Source: Ranitomeya imitator
Lineage: Eukaryota
NCBI RefSeq assembly: GCF_032444005.1
Contig: NC_091283.1
Span: 275,528,001-275,592,000 of the forward strand
Direction: 5' to 3'
Length of the DNA stretch: 64,000 nt
Both the position numbers and the translations under genes were made by a program. The notes under the pieces were generated by a model, which searched no databases, had not been told where the DNA came from, and saw only the letters and a program-made list of their open reading frames with translations. Numbering within the stretch: the first letter of the stretch is position 1; every line of letters begins with the position of its first letter. Of this stretch, positions 10,401 through 23,070 are shown piece by piece.

Positions 10401-13400
10401 CCATTAAATGTATGGAGCATTATATGGGGCTGCTGATTCAATATGGATATTCAAAAAACACTTAACCCCTTCCCGACCTGTGACACAGCGTATGCGTCAT
10501 GAAAGTCGGTGCCAATCCGACCTGTGACGCATATGCTGTGTCACAGAAAGATCGCGTCCCTGCAGATCGGGTGAAAGGGTTAACTCCCATTTCACCCGAT
10601 CTGCAGGGACAGGGGGAGTGGTAGTTTAGCCCAGGGGGGGTGGCTTCACCCCCTCGTGGCTACGATCGCTCTGATTGGCTGTTGAAAGTGAAACTGCCAA
10701 TCAGAGCGATTTGTAATATTTCACCTAAAAAAATGGTGAAATATTACAATCCAGCCATGGCCGATGCTGCAATATCATCGGCCATGGCTGGAAATACTAA
10801 TGTGCCCCCACCCCACCCCTCCGATCGCCCCCCCAGCCCCCCGATCTGTGGCCCGCTACCCTCCGTCCTGTGCTCCGCTCCCCCGTCCTCCTGTCCGCTC
10901 CCCCGTGCTCCAATCACACCCCCCCGTGCTCCAATCAAACCCCCCCGCACTCCGATCCCCCCCCCGTGCTCCGAACCACCCCCCCTGCACACCGATCCAC
11001 CCGCCCGCACACCGATCACTCTCCCCCATGCTCCGATCCCTCCCCCCCCGTGCTCCGACGCCCCCCCGTGCCCTGATCTCCCCCCCCTGTGCCCTGATCT
11101 CCCCCCCTTATACTTACCGATCCTGGCGGGGTCCGTCAGTCTTCTTCCCCGAGCGCCGCCATGTTCCAAAATGGCGGGCGCATGCGCAGTGCGCCCGCCG
11201 AATCTGCCGGCCGGCAGATTCGTTCCAATGTGAATTTTGATCACTGTGATATAATCTATCACAGTGGTCAAAATAAAAAAACAGTAAATGACCCCCCCCA
11301 TTTGTCCCCCATAGATAGGGACAATAATAAAATAAAGAATTTTTTTTTTTTTCACTAAGGTTGGAGTTAGAACTAGGGTTAGGGGTAGGGTTAGGGTTAG
11401 GGGTAGGGTTAGGGGTAGGGTTAGGGGTAGGGGTAGGGTTAGGGGTAGGGTTAGGGTTTCGGTATGTGCACACGTATTCTGGTCCTCTGCGGATTTTTCT
11501 GCAGCGGATTTGATAAATCCGCAGTGCTAAACCGCTGCGGATTTATGGCAGATTTACCGCGGTTTTTCTGCGCATTTCACTGCGGTTTTACAACTGCGAT
11601 TTTCTATTGGAGCAGTTGTAAAACCGCTGTGGAATCCGCAGAAAGAAGTGACATGCTGCGGAATGTAAACCGCTGCGTTTCCGTGCAGTTTTTCCGCAGC
11701 ATGTGTACAGCGATTTTTGTTTCCCATAGGTTTACATTGAAATGTAAACTCATGGGAAACTGCTGCGGATCCGCAGCGTTTTCCAAAGCGTGTGCACATA
11801 CCTTTAGAATTAGGCTATGTGCACACGGTGCGGATTTGGCTGCGGATCCGCAGCGGATTGGCCGCTGCGGATCCGCAGCAGTGTTCCATCAGGTTTACAG
11901 TACCATGTAAACCTATGGAAAACCAAATCCGCTGTGCCCATGGTGCGGAAAATACCGCACGGAAACGCTGCGTTGTATTTTCCGCAGCATGTCAATTCTT
12001 TGTGCGGATTCCGCAGCGTTTTACACCTATTCCTCAATAGGAATCCGCAGGTGAAATCCGCAGTAAATCCGCAGGTAAAACGCAGTGCCTATTACCCGCG
12101 GATTTTTCAAAAATGGTGCGGAAAAATCTCACACGAATCCGCAACGTGGGTACATAGCCTTAGGGTTAGGGTTGGGTTGGAATTAGGGTTGTGGTTAGGG
12201 TTAGGGGTGTGTTGGGGTTAGGGTTGTGGTTAGGGGTGTGTTGCGGTTAGGGTTGTGGTTAGGGTTACGGCTACAGTTGGGATAAGGGTTAGGGGTGTGT
12301 TGGCGTAAGAATTGAGGGGTTTCCACTGTTTAGGCACATCAGGGGGTCTCCAAACGCAACATGGCGCCACCATTGATTCCAGCCAATCTTTTATTCAAAA
12401 AGTCAAATGGTGCTCCTTCCCTTCCGAGCCCCGACGTGTGCCCAAACAGTGGTTTACCCCCACATATGGGGTATCAGTGTACTCAGGACAAACTGGGCAA
12501 CAATTACTGGGGTCCAATTTCTCCTGTTACCCTTGAGAAAATAAAAAATTGCTTGCTAAAACATCATTTTTGAGGAAAGAAAAATGATTTTTTATTTTCA
12601 CGGCTCTGCGTTGTAAACGTCTGTGAAGCACTTGGGGGTTCAAAGTGCTCACCACATATCTAGATAAGTTCCTTGGGGGGTCTAGTTTCCAAAATGGGGT
12701 CACTTGTGGGGGGTTTCTACTGTTTAGGCACACCAGGGGCTCTGCAAACGCAACGTGACGCCCGCAGACCATTCCATCAAAGTCTGCATTTCAAAAGTCA
12801 CTACTTCCCTTCTGAGCCCCGACGTGTGCCCAAACAGTGGTTTACCCCCACATATGGGGTATCAGCGTACTCAGGAGAAACTGGACAACAACTTTTGGGG
12901 TCCAATTTCTCCTGTAACCCTTGGGAAAATAAAAAATTCTGGGCTAAAAAATTATTTTTGAGGAAAGAAAACGTATTTATTATTTTCACTGCTCTGTGTT
13001 ATAAACTTCTGTGAAGCACTTGGGGGTTCAAAGTGCTCACCTCACATCTAGATAAGTTCCTTTCGGGGTCTAGTTTCTAAAATGGGGTCACTTGTGGGGG
13101 GTTTCTACTGTTTAGCCACATCAGGGGCTCTGCAAACGCAACGTAACGCCCGCAGAGCATTCCATCAAAGTCTGCATTTCAAAATGTCACTACTTGACTT
13201 CCGAGCCCCGACATGTGCCCAAACTGTGGTTTACCCCCACATATGGGGTATCAGCGTACTCAGGAGAAACTGTACAACAACTTTTGGGGTCAAATTTCTC
13301 CTGTTACCCTTGGGAAAATAATAAATTGCAGGCTAAAAAATCATTTTAGAGAAAATAAAATTTTTATTTTATTTTCATGGCTCTGCGTTATAAACTTCTG

Positions 13401-16400
13401 TGAAGCACTTGGAAGTTCAAAGTCCTCACCACACATCTAGATTAGTTCCTTTGGGGGTCTAGTTTCCAAAATGGGGTCATATGTGGGGGATCTCCAATGT
13501 TTAGGCACACAGGGGCTCTCCAAACGTGACATGGTGTCCGCTAATGATTGGAGCTAATTTTCCATTTAAAAAGCCAATTGGCGTGCCTTCCCTTCCGAGC
13601 CCTGCCGTGCGCCCAAACAGTGGTTTACCCCCACATATGGGGTATCAGCGTACTCAGGACAAACTGGACAACAACATTTGCGGTCCAATTTCTCCTATTA
13701 CCCTTGGCAAAATAGGAAATTCCAGGCTAAAAATCATTTTTGAGGAAAGAAAAATTATTTTTTATTTTCATGGCTCTGCATTATAAACTTCTGTGAAGCA
13801 CCTGGGGGTTTAAAGTGCTCAATATGCATCTAGATAAGTTCCTTGGGGGGTCTAGTTTCCAAAATGGGGTCACTTGTGGGGGAGCTCCAATGCATAGGCA
13901 CACAGGGGCTCTCTAAACGCGACATGGTGTCCGCTAACAATTGGAGCTAATTTTCCATTCAAAAAGTCAAATGGCGCGCCTTCCCTTCCGAGCCCTGCCG
14001 TGTGCCCAAACAGTGGTTTACCCCCACATATGAGGTATCGGCGTACTCGGGAGAAATTGCCCAACAAATTTTAGGATTCATTTTATCCTATTGCCCATGT
14101 GAAAATGAAAAACTGAGGCGAAAAGAATTTTTTTGTGAAAAAAAAAGTACTTTTTCATTTTTACAGATCAATTTGTGAAGCACCTGAGGGTTTAAAGTGC
14201 TCAATATGCATCTAGATAAGTTCCTTGGGGGGTCTAGTTTCCAAAATGGGGTCATTTGTGGGGGAGCTCCAATGTTTAGGCACACGGGGGCTCTCCAAAC
14301 ACGACATGGTGTCCGCTAACGATGGAGATAATTTTTCATTCAAAGAGTCAAATGGCGCTCCTTCCCTTCCGAACCTTACCATGTGCCCAAACAGTGGTTT
14401 ACCTCCACATGTGAGGTATCGGTGTACTCATCAGAAATTGCCCAACAAATTTTAGGATCCATTTTATCCTGTTGCCCATGTGAAAATGAAAAAAATTGAG
14501 GCTAAAAGAATTTTTTTGTGAAAAAAAAAGTACTTTTTCATTTTTACGGATCAATTTGTGAAGCCCCCGGGGGTTCAAAGTTCTCACTATGCATCTAGAT
14601 AAGTTCCTTGGGGCGTCTAGTTTCCAAAATGGGGTCACGTGTGGGGGAGCTCCAATTTTTAGGCACACGGGGGCTCTCCAAACGTGACATGGTGTCCGCT
14701 AAAGAGTGGAGCCAATTTTTCATTCAAAAAGTCAAATGGCGCTCCTTCCCTTCCAAGCCCTGCCGTGCGCCCAAACAGTGGTTTACCCCCACATATGAGG
14801 TATCAGCGTACTCAGGACAAATTGGACAACAACTTTCGTGGTTCAGTTTCTCCTTGTACCATTGGGAAAATAAAAAAAATGTTGCTAAAAGATAATTTTT
14901 GTGACTAAAAAGTTAAATGTTCATTTTTTCCTTCCATGTTGCTTCTGCTGCTGTGAAGCACCTGAAGGGTTAAAAAACTTCTTGAATGTGGTTTTGAGCA
15001 CCTTGAGGGGTGCATTTTTTAGAATGGTGTCACTTTTGGGTATTTTCATCCATATAGACCCCTCAAACTGACTTCAAATGTGAGGTGGTCCCTAAAAAAA
15101 ATGGTTTTGTAAATTTCGTTGTAAAAATGAGAAATCGCTGGTCAAATTTTAACTCTTATAACTTCCTAGCAAAAAAAAAATGTTGTTTCCAAAATTGTGC
15201 TGGTGTAAAGTAGACATGTGGGAAATGTTATTTATTAACTATTTTGTGTCACATAACTCTCTGGTTTAACAGAATAAAAATTCAAAATGTGAAAATTGCG
15301 AAATTTTCAAAATTTTCGCCAAATTTCCGTTTTTATCACAAATAAACGCAGAATTTATTGACCTAAATTTACCACTAACATGAAGCCCAATATGTCACGA
15401 AAAAACAATCTCAGAACCGCTAGGATCCGTTGAAGCGTTCCTGAGTTATTACCTCATAAAGGGACACTGGTCAGAATTGCAAAAAACGGCCAGGTCATTA
15501 AGGTCAAAATAGGCTGGGTCATGAAGGGGTTAACCTACTGATGTCTCAATTAATTTTACTTTTATTGGCATCTATTTTTATTATTGACATTTACCAGTAG
15601 CTGCTGCATTTTCCACTCTAGGCTTATACTTGAGTCATTAAGTTTTCCCAGTTTTTTGTGGCAAAATTAGGTGTCTCGGCTTATACTCGAGTATATATGG
15701 TAAGCTATATTTTTATTAGGAAAATTGGGATTTGGGGCTTTTTTTCTCCCATTAACTTTTTTTTTAACTTTATTCTCAGCATAAAATAATCGATTGTTTA
15801 GATAATACAGTACAGAAACAAAATTTCACACAACATTTTATTTTTTTTAAGGTTCTTAGTTATAAAAAAAATGTATTGGCACAATAAAGGAGCGTTCATT
15901 TCATATAATTAATCAATTAAGTTTACAAACTAATTCCAGATATATTTGGCCATGAGCACTTGCCCAAGAACAGTATCCATGTCGGTCTTACATAGAGTCA
16001 TCTAACTGGCAGTACTCTTTAACCCCTTCTCGACATGCGCCGTACTAGTACTGCTCTGCGGGAACAGAGTTCCCGCAAACTGCATTACTAGTACGGCGGT
16101 ACGATCACGCGGCCTCACAGTGAGCGCCGCGGCGATCGCGTGTGGGTGTCAGCTGTATATGACAGCTGACACCCCAAAAGCAATGCCCACAATCGGCGCT
16201 AGCGGCGATCATGGGCTTTTAACCCCTCTGATGCCGCTGTCAGTAGTGACAGCGACATAGAGGGGCATCGCGCAGGAACGGGGGCTCCCTGCGCTCTCCC
16301 ACTGATCGCATCACGTTGTTCCGGAAGGAGTCCCCGGATCCAAGATGGCCGCGAGATTCCTTCCAGGTCATGAAGTGAGGTGGCTAGCCGCCGCCGCCTG

Positions 16401-19400
16401 CTCAGAGCAGGCGCTGGAAAGCCTCCTGCACTGCTTGTCAGATCGCTGATCTGACACAGTGCTATGCACAGTCTCAGGTCAGCGATCTGATCTAATATAG
16501 TGATGTCCCACCCTGGTACAATGTTAGAAAGTCACAAAAAAAAAAAAAATAGAATGTACAAAAAAAATCTCCAAATAAAGAAAAAAAAAATACACATATT
16601 TGGTATTGTCACGTCCATAACGACCAGCTCTATAAAAAAAAAAAAACTATCCTACTAGTTAACCCCTTCAGTAAACACCGCAAAAAAATAAAATAAAAAA
16701 CGAGGCAAAAAACACTTTATTATCATACCAGCAAACAAAAAGTGGAATAACACGCAATCAAAAAGACGGATATAAATAACCATGGTACTGCTGAAAGCGT
16801 CATCTTGTCCCGCAAAAAAAAAAAAAAAAAAGCCATACAGCATCATCAGCAGAAAAATAAAAAAGTTATAGTCCTCAGAATAAAGCGATGCAAAAACAAT
16901 TATTTTTTATATAAAATAGTTTTTATTGTGGAAAAGCGCCAAAACATAAAAAATAGATATAAATGAGGCATTACTGTAATCGTACTGACCCGAAGAATAA
17001 AACTGCTTTATCAATTTTACCACACGTGGAACGGTATAAACGCCCCCCAAAAGAAATTCATGAATAGCTGGTTTTTGGTAATTCTGCCTCCCAAAAATCT
17101 GAATAAAAAGCGATCAAAAAATATCATGTGCCCGAAAATGTTACCAATAAAAACGTCAACTCGTCCTGCAAAAAAACAAGACATCACATGACTCTGTGGA
17201 CCAAAATATGGAAAAATTATAGCTCTCAAAATGTGGTGATGCAAAAACTATTTTTTGCAATAAAAAGCGTCTTTTAGTGTGTGACGGCTGCCAATCATAA
17301 AAATCCGCTATAAAAGTAAATCAAACCCCCCTTCATCACCCCCTTAGTTAGGGAAAAATAACAAAAATTAAAAAAAAATATTTTTTTCCATTAGGGTTAG
17401 GGCTAAAGTTAGGGTTTGGGTTACATTTACGGTTGGGAATAGGGTTGGGATTAGGGGTGTGGTTAGGGTTATGGTTGTGATTAGGGTTAGGGGTGTGTTT
17501 GGATTAGGGTTTCAGTTATAATTGGGAGTTTCCACTGTTTAGGCACATCAGGGGCTCTCCAAACGCGACATGGCGTCCGATCTCAATTCCAGCCAATTCT
17601 GCGTTGAAAAAGTAAAACAGTTCTCCTTCCCTTCCGAGCTCTCCCGTGTGCCCAAACAGGGGTTTACCCCAACATATAGAGTATCAGCGTACTCAGGACA
17701 AATTGGACAACATATTTTGGTGTCCAATTTCTCCTGTTACCCTTGGGAAAATGCAAAATCGGGGGCTAAAAAATAATTTTTGTGGGAAAAAAAAAAGATT
17801 TTTTAATTTTCACGGCTCTGCGTTATAAACTGTAGTGAAATACTCGGGGGTTCAAAGTTCTCACAACACATCTAGATAAGTTCCTTGGGGGTCTAGTTTC
17901 CAATACGAGGTCACTTGTGGGGGGTTTCTACTGTTTAGGTACATCGGGGGCTCTACAAATGCAACGTGACGCCTGCAGACCATTCCATCTAAGTCAAACG
18001 GCGCTCCTTCCCTCCCATGCGCCCAAACAGTGGTTCCCCCCCACATATGGGGCATCAGCGTACTCAGGACAAATTGGACAAAAACTTTAGCGGTCCAATT
18101 TCTCCTGTTAACCTTGGGGGAAAAAATTGCGGGCTAAAAGATAAATTTTGTGGAAAGAAAAAATGATTTTTTTAATTTTCACGGCTCTACATTATAAACT
18201 TTAGTGAAACAATTGGGGGTTAAAAGTGCTCACCACACATCTAGATTAGTTCCCTAGGGGGGTCTACTTTCCAAAATGGTGTCACTTGTGGGGGGTTTCC
18301 ATTGTTTAGGCACATCAGGGGCTCTCCAAACACGACATGGTGTCCAATCTCAATTCCAGCCAACTTTACACTGAAAAGTCAAATGGCGCTCCTTCACTTC
18401 CGAGCTCTGCTATGCGCCCAAACAGTGGTTTACCCCCACATATCGGGTATCAGCGTACCACTCAGGACAAATTGCACAACAACTTTTGTGGTTCAATTTC
18501 TCCTGTTACCCTTGGTAAAATAAAACAATTTGGATCTGAAGTAAAAATTTTGTGAAAAAAAGTTAAATGTTCAATTTTTTTTTAAACATTCCAAAAATTC
18601 CTGTGAAGCACCTGGAGGGTTAATAAACTTTTTGAATGTGGTTTTGAGCACCTTGAGGGGTGCGGTTTTTAGAATGGTGTCATTTTAGGGCACTTCAAGT
18701 GTGAGGTGGTCCCAAAAAAAAAAAAAAAAAAAAAAATGGTTTTGCAAATTTTGTTGTAAAAATGAGAAATCGCCGGTCAATTTTTAACCCTTATAACTTC
18801 CTAACAAAAAAATTATGTTTCCAAAATTGCGCTCATGTACAGTAGACATGTGGGAAATGTTATTTATTAACTACTAGATGGTGGCCCGATTCTAACGCAT
18901 CGGGTATTCTAGAATATGCATGTCCACGTAGTATATTGCCCAGTCACGTAGTTTATTGCCCAGTCATGTAGTATACAGCACAGACACGTAGTATATTGGC
19001 CAGTCACGTAGTACTGTATATTTCCCATCCACGTATGTGACAGGTTAAAAAAAAAAAAAAAACATATACTCACCTTCCGAAGGCCCCTTGTAGTGCTGTC
19101 GCCTGTGTGCGGTGCACGCGGCAGCTTCCGGTCCCAGGGTTGGTATGAGCACAGGACCTCTGATGACGTCGCGGTCACATGACCGTGACGTCATGGCAGG
19201 TCCTTCTCGCATAGCATCCTTAGCACCGGAACCTGCCGCTTGCACTGCCGAGGACAGGACGACACGTCGGAGGGTGAGAATAACGTTTTTTTTTGTTGTT
19301 TTTTATTATTTTTATTTGTAACATTAGATCTTTATACGCACCAAACGCAGAATCAATAGTAAAAAGTTGGTCACACATGGTTAATAGCTGCGTAACCGGA

Positions 19401-21152
19401 GTGCGTTACACCGCGCTCCGGTAACGCTGGCATTAACCCTGTGTGAGGGCTGACTGGATTACTGGAGGGGAGTATGGAGCGGGCACTGACTGCGGGGAGG
19501 AAAGAGCGGCCATGTTGCCGCCGGACTGTGGCCGTCGCTGATTGGTCGTGGCAATGGTCGTGGGCGTTTTGCCACAACCAATCAGCGACTTGGATTCCAT
19601 GACAGAGGCCGCGACCAATGAATATCCGTGACAGAGAACGACAGACAGAAAGACCCTTAGACAATTATATAGTAGATTTTGTATGATAGGACTCTCTAAT
19701 TTAAGGATATAAAAACTAAAAAGTTTAAAAATTGCAAAATTTTCGCCAAATTTCCATTTTTTTCACAAATAAACGCAAGTCAAATCAAAGAAATTTTACC
19801 ACCATCATAAAGTACAATATGTTACGAGAAAACATTCTCAGAATCGCCGGGATCACCAGGATCCGTTGAAGCGTTTCAGAGTTATGACCTCATAAAGCGA
19901 CAGTGGTCAGAATTGAAAAAAAATGGCCTGGTCAGGAAGTTGAAAACAGGCTTCGGGGTGAAGGGGTTAAGAAACAATTATTATACAGATAGGAATTCCT
20001 GACAAGACACAGATTAAAAAAAAAAAAAAAAAAAAAAATAGTATTCCATGTAGTAATCTGTGACTTCTCTGCATTTAGTGGTCACTACTCACCTGGGTAG
20101 TCATATGTAGGAATCTCCTCTTTACACCACTCATCACCCGTCACATATGTCTCTGTAGTATTAATATGGGTCAGATCTTCACCCTGAAACAAATATTGTA
20201 AAAGTCACCGACAGATGGAGAAGTCACATCTATGAATAGCTCTAATCCTGCCATCTCCACCGTTCTCATTACACAAGTATAAAACATATAATACTGGTGG
20301 ATAAAACAAGACTGAGCACAAGACCTTCACAGCCGTCTACACATCATAGGGGAGATCTCATGACTCCTTCTCTCCATCTACCTGATGATCCTGAGGAACA
20401 TTGGGATCTTCTTGGTTACAGTCCTGTGGAAGAAGAGGACGGGGACATCTCTCTGGTGTTGTCCTCTTACTGGATAGATCTGGAGGAAACACATACAGGG
20501 ACTGAATTCATTCTTTACATACAGATAATTATAGGCCGTGTGTATTTAGTCCTGTCTATTACCTGGAGATGTGAGGGGCTGGGGAACCTCCATTATGACG
20601 TTCTTGTACAGATCTTTGTGTCCTTCTAAATACTCCCACTCCTCCATGGAGAAATAGACGGAGACATCCTGATACCTTATAGGAACCTGACACATACAAT
20701 GACACCGTCATCCCCCGATTCCTTCATAGTGTTACTGTATAATGTCCCAGCATTCCCAGTAGTATCACCTCTCCAGTCAGAAGCTCAATCATCTTGTAGG
20801 TGAGTTCTAGGATCTTCTGGTCATTGATGTCCTCATGTATCAGGTGAGGTGGAGACCCTGTGATGGGGCTCAGGGGTCTTCCCCATCCCTCAGACACAGG
20901 GTCCTGACAGCGATCACTAGAGGTCTTCTTCACCACTGTGTAATCCTGGTTATGGAGAGACACATTAATAAATCTCACTACAGACATTTCCAGAGTCCTC
21001 ACCTCTCCAGTTCTGTCCATCTGTTATTCCCATAGATAAGAATGATGTAATGTGACGTCATCATAATCTCTCACCTCTCCAGTAAGACGGAAGAGGATCT
21101 CTAGGGTGAGGTGTATTATTCTCTCCACCATCTGGTCCCTGTCCATATCCAT
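843..21152 (-). CDS. Gene A: FAX/KRAB C2H2 zinc-finger protein with truncated, degenerate finger array (probable pseudogene or KRAB-only-like product, ~379 aa)
   Basis: GT-AG exons 21152-21075, 20945-20769, 20686-20563 (KRAB-A-like [33 protein letters not shown]), 20479-20382, 20183-20093 and 1414-843 join in frame. Confidence 0.85.
2540..2896 (+). pseudogene. Gypsy-type gag N-terminal fragment with SAP/HeH-like motif
   Basis: [33 protein letters not shown]; stop at 2848; frame resumes to 2896 and continues at 8918 after the nested insertion. Confidence 0.6.
3680..4700 (-). pseudogene. DIRS tyrosine recombinase (frameshifted)
   Basis: [40 protein letters not shown] catalytic-region motif in ORF 3680-4048; upstream part is broken. 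Confidence 0.85.
4780..5076 (-). pseudogene. DIRS Dam-like methyltransferase domain fragment
   Basis: [10 protein letters not shown]...[27 protein letters not shown] motifs typical of the DIRS MT domain. Confidence 0.75.
5113..6433 (-). pseudogene. DIRS reverse transcriptase and RNase H (several frameshifts)
   Basis: [69 protein letters not shown] in successive frames. Confidence 0.88.
11461..11802. mobile_element. PIF/Harbinger-type MITE
   Basis: GGTATGTGCACACG...CGTGTGCACATACC TIRs; internal GCGGAT/ATCCGC repeats. Confidence 0.75.
11813..12159. mobile_element. PIF/Harbinger-type MITE
   Basis: GGCTATGTGCACACG...CGTGGGTACATAGCC TIRs; TTA TSD at 11810-11812 and 12160-12162. Confidence 0.8.
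12310..14960. repeat. ~385-393 bp tandem repeat (~7 copies) internal to the piggyBac-like element
   Basis: CTAGATAAGTTCC...GGGGTCTAGTTTCCAAAATGGGG recurs at ~12660, 13048, 13437, 13830, 14212 and 14595; related units at ~17520-18500. Confidence 0.85.
16023..19966. mobile_element. Second non-autonomous piggyBac-like element
   Basis: TTAA TSD (16019-16022, 19967-19970); CCCCTT...AAGGGG termini; empty site CTTTAAGAAACAAT seen in the gene B paralogous intron at ~55378-55391. Confidence 0.88.
18874..19676 (-). mobile_element. Non-autonomous Helitron
   Basis: Minus strand starts TC, ends with CCCGATGCGTTAGAATCGGG hairpin then CTAG, inserted between A and T with no TSD; empty site AACTA|TTTTGT in the sister element at ~15237-15247. 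Confidence 0.8.
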
Positions 21153-21253
21153 CTTTGGATTCCGGTATAAAACCATAATCTGTGGATCTGATCCTGTAAG
21201 ATACCAGAAGAAGAAACTACCGAGTAGAGTATTTTTATGGCGGTTAGTAATTA

Positions 21254-22126
21254 CCATATATACTCGAGTATAAGCCGACCCGAGTATAAGCCGGTCCCCC
21301 CTAATTTTGCAACAAAAAACTGGGAAAACTTAATGACTAGAGTATAAGCCTAGGGTGGAAAATGCAGCAGCTACCAGTAAATGTCAAAAATAAAAATAGA
21401 TACCAATAAAAGTAAAATTAATTGAGACATCAGTAGGTTAAGTGTTTTTGAATATCCATATTGAATCAGGAGCCCCATATAATGCTCCATGCAGTTCTTT
21501 ATGGCCCCATATACGCTCCATATAACATTGTGCCACATGTAATGCTGCTGCACTACAAAAAAAAAAAAAATAAAAAATGACATACTCTCCTCTCTTGCAG
21601 CCCGCTGCTCCTCAGCGTCCCATCTCTCCGCAGTGACTGTTCAGGCAGAGGGCGACGCGCACACTAATATGTCATTGCGCCCTCTGACCTGAACAGTCAG
21701 TGCCGAGGACGTGGAAGACTGAGCATCGGTGGAACGAGGGAAGGTAAATATGAAATATTCACCTGCTCCCGACGCGGTCCCTGCATGTCCCACGGTCTCC
21801 GGGCACGGCAGCTTCTTCCTGTAGTGAGCGGTCACATGGTACTGCTCATTACAGTAATGAATATGTGGCTCCACCCCTATGGGAGTGGAGTCCATATTCA
21901 TTACTTTAATGAGCGGTACCAGTGACCGCTGAACAGGGGAAGAAGCTGCCGCACCCAGAGACCGTGGGACATGCAGTGTCCGCGTCAGGAGCGCCGAGAG
22001 CAGGCGAGTATGTGACAGTCGTCGCTCCCCCTCACCCGCCGACCATGACTCGAGTATAAGCCGAGAGGGGCATTTTCAGCCCATTTTTTGGGCTGAAAAT
22101 CTCGGCTTACATTCGAGTATATACGG
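21254..22126. mobile_element. TA-flanked pogo-like MITE, opposite orientation to the 9581 copy
   Basis: Same TIRs; TA at 21252-21253 and 22127-22128. Confidence 0.88.
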
Positions 22127-23070
22127 TAGCTTTATGCCACAGGGAATTTTTCTATGCATATTTTAAAGAAGTTGTTCCAACATTCACATAAATGAAACTT
22201 TAAAATATTCTTTAGGTTCCAATAGGAAATCCATCCTGCTGTTCAGACATTTAATTTTTGTCCCTGACTACTGCTCGGTTTACAAGACCTAAACAGTGTA
22301 AAAGCAAAACACCGACAAACAAGGACAGGACTGGAGTCTCCGCTCTGAGGACTGGAGGAGGTTTGGCCTGAATGCTGCACTCGTGGTGTGAACACGGACA
22401 TATATAATTTAGGGATATTATCTTGCCCTTCCCTATGGCGACTTGTGGACTTAACTCCCTCACTGAAGTGAAAAGGTCCACTAAAAAGAAGAGGTCTGCT
22501 GGATAAGGGTGGTCACATTTGTTTTGCCAGCTTCTCCTTGGCTCTGCTTTGTTGATGGGACGCGACTGCTGACATCACGCTGATTGTCCGCTGCCTCCCC
22601 ACTGCCTGAATGCTAGTAATCAGCTGTCAATCATCGCTGTGAAGATCTGAGGTTCTGGGTTGTAATAATCACCTAGGTAGGGTAACAATGCAGATCGCTT
22701 TATTTCTTCTGTCCACAGTTACACAGCACATCCAGGTTGATGGCCAAAATACAATGTCCTCAGTCCACAGATTTTCAACTATGGACCGGTACTTCCACTG
22801 GCCCCGTACCAGGCGATACCCACTGTCTCCCAACTTTTGGTTGACCCACAGCTTTTGGTATCTCCAGCCGGTAAAGTGTGCAGTCACAGCCTATATTCCT
22901 CCAAACAATGAATATCACGACCGAAGCTCATGGATGCTCCTCCAGCCAACCGTTCTCCAAACTCCAAAGGCAATCCATCCATGTGCTCCAGGACGTCATC
23001 CTCGATCATCCCTCTTCACTCTCCCAACTGCCTAACTAAGCACCTGGCTTCTTTTCATTGCTCCCCCTTA

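Larger units (their letters stand above)
11372..12300 (+). repeat. Degenerate telomere-like (TTAGGG)n tract interrupted by two MITEs
   Basis: TTAGGG/GTAGGG runs at ~11372-11458 and ~12160-12300; a related tract lies at ~17390-17510. Confidence 0.8.
10466..15529. mobile_element. Non-autonomous piggyBac-like element
   Basis: TTAA TSD (10462-10465, 15530-15533); CCCCTT...AAGGGG termini; internal tandem repeats; no transposase. Confidence 0.85.
9581..15700. mobile_element. TA-flanked Tc1/mariner-superfamily (pogo-like) MITE, ~1.05 kb after removing the nested element
   Basis: TIR CCRTATATACTCGAGTATAAGCCG at both ends with TA on each side; second copy at 21254-22126 shows the empty TTAA site. 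Confidence 0.85.

Noticed and set aside
10640-11473. Pro-rich and Gly-rich ORFs, including a PNPTPN repeat
   Set aside because: They arise from a C-rich simple repeat and the telomere-like tract inside a non-autonomous element
11372-12300. True chromosome end or telomere fusion site
   Set aside because: The repeats are degenerate, short, single-orientation and internal to a TTAA-flanked transposon
22669-22887. LGDSGY motif resembling a Harbinger nuclease
   Set aside because: The surrounding residues do not continue the family motifs, and the match is too short to support without a search
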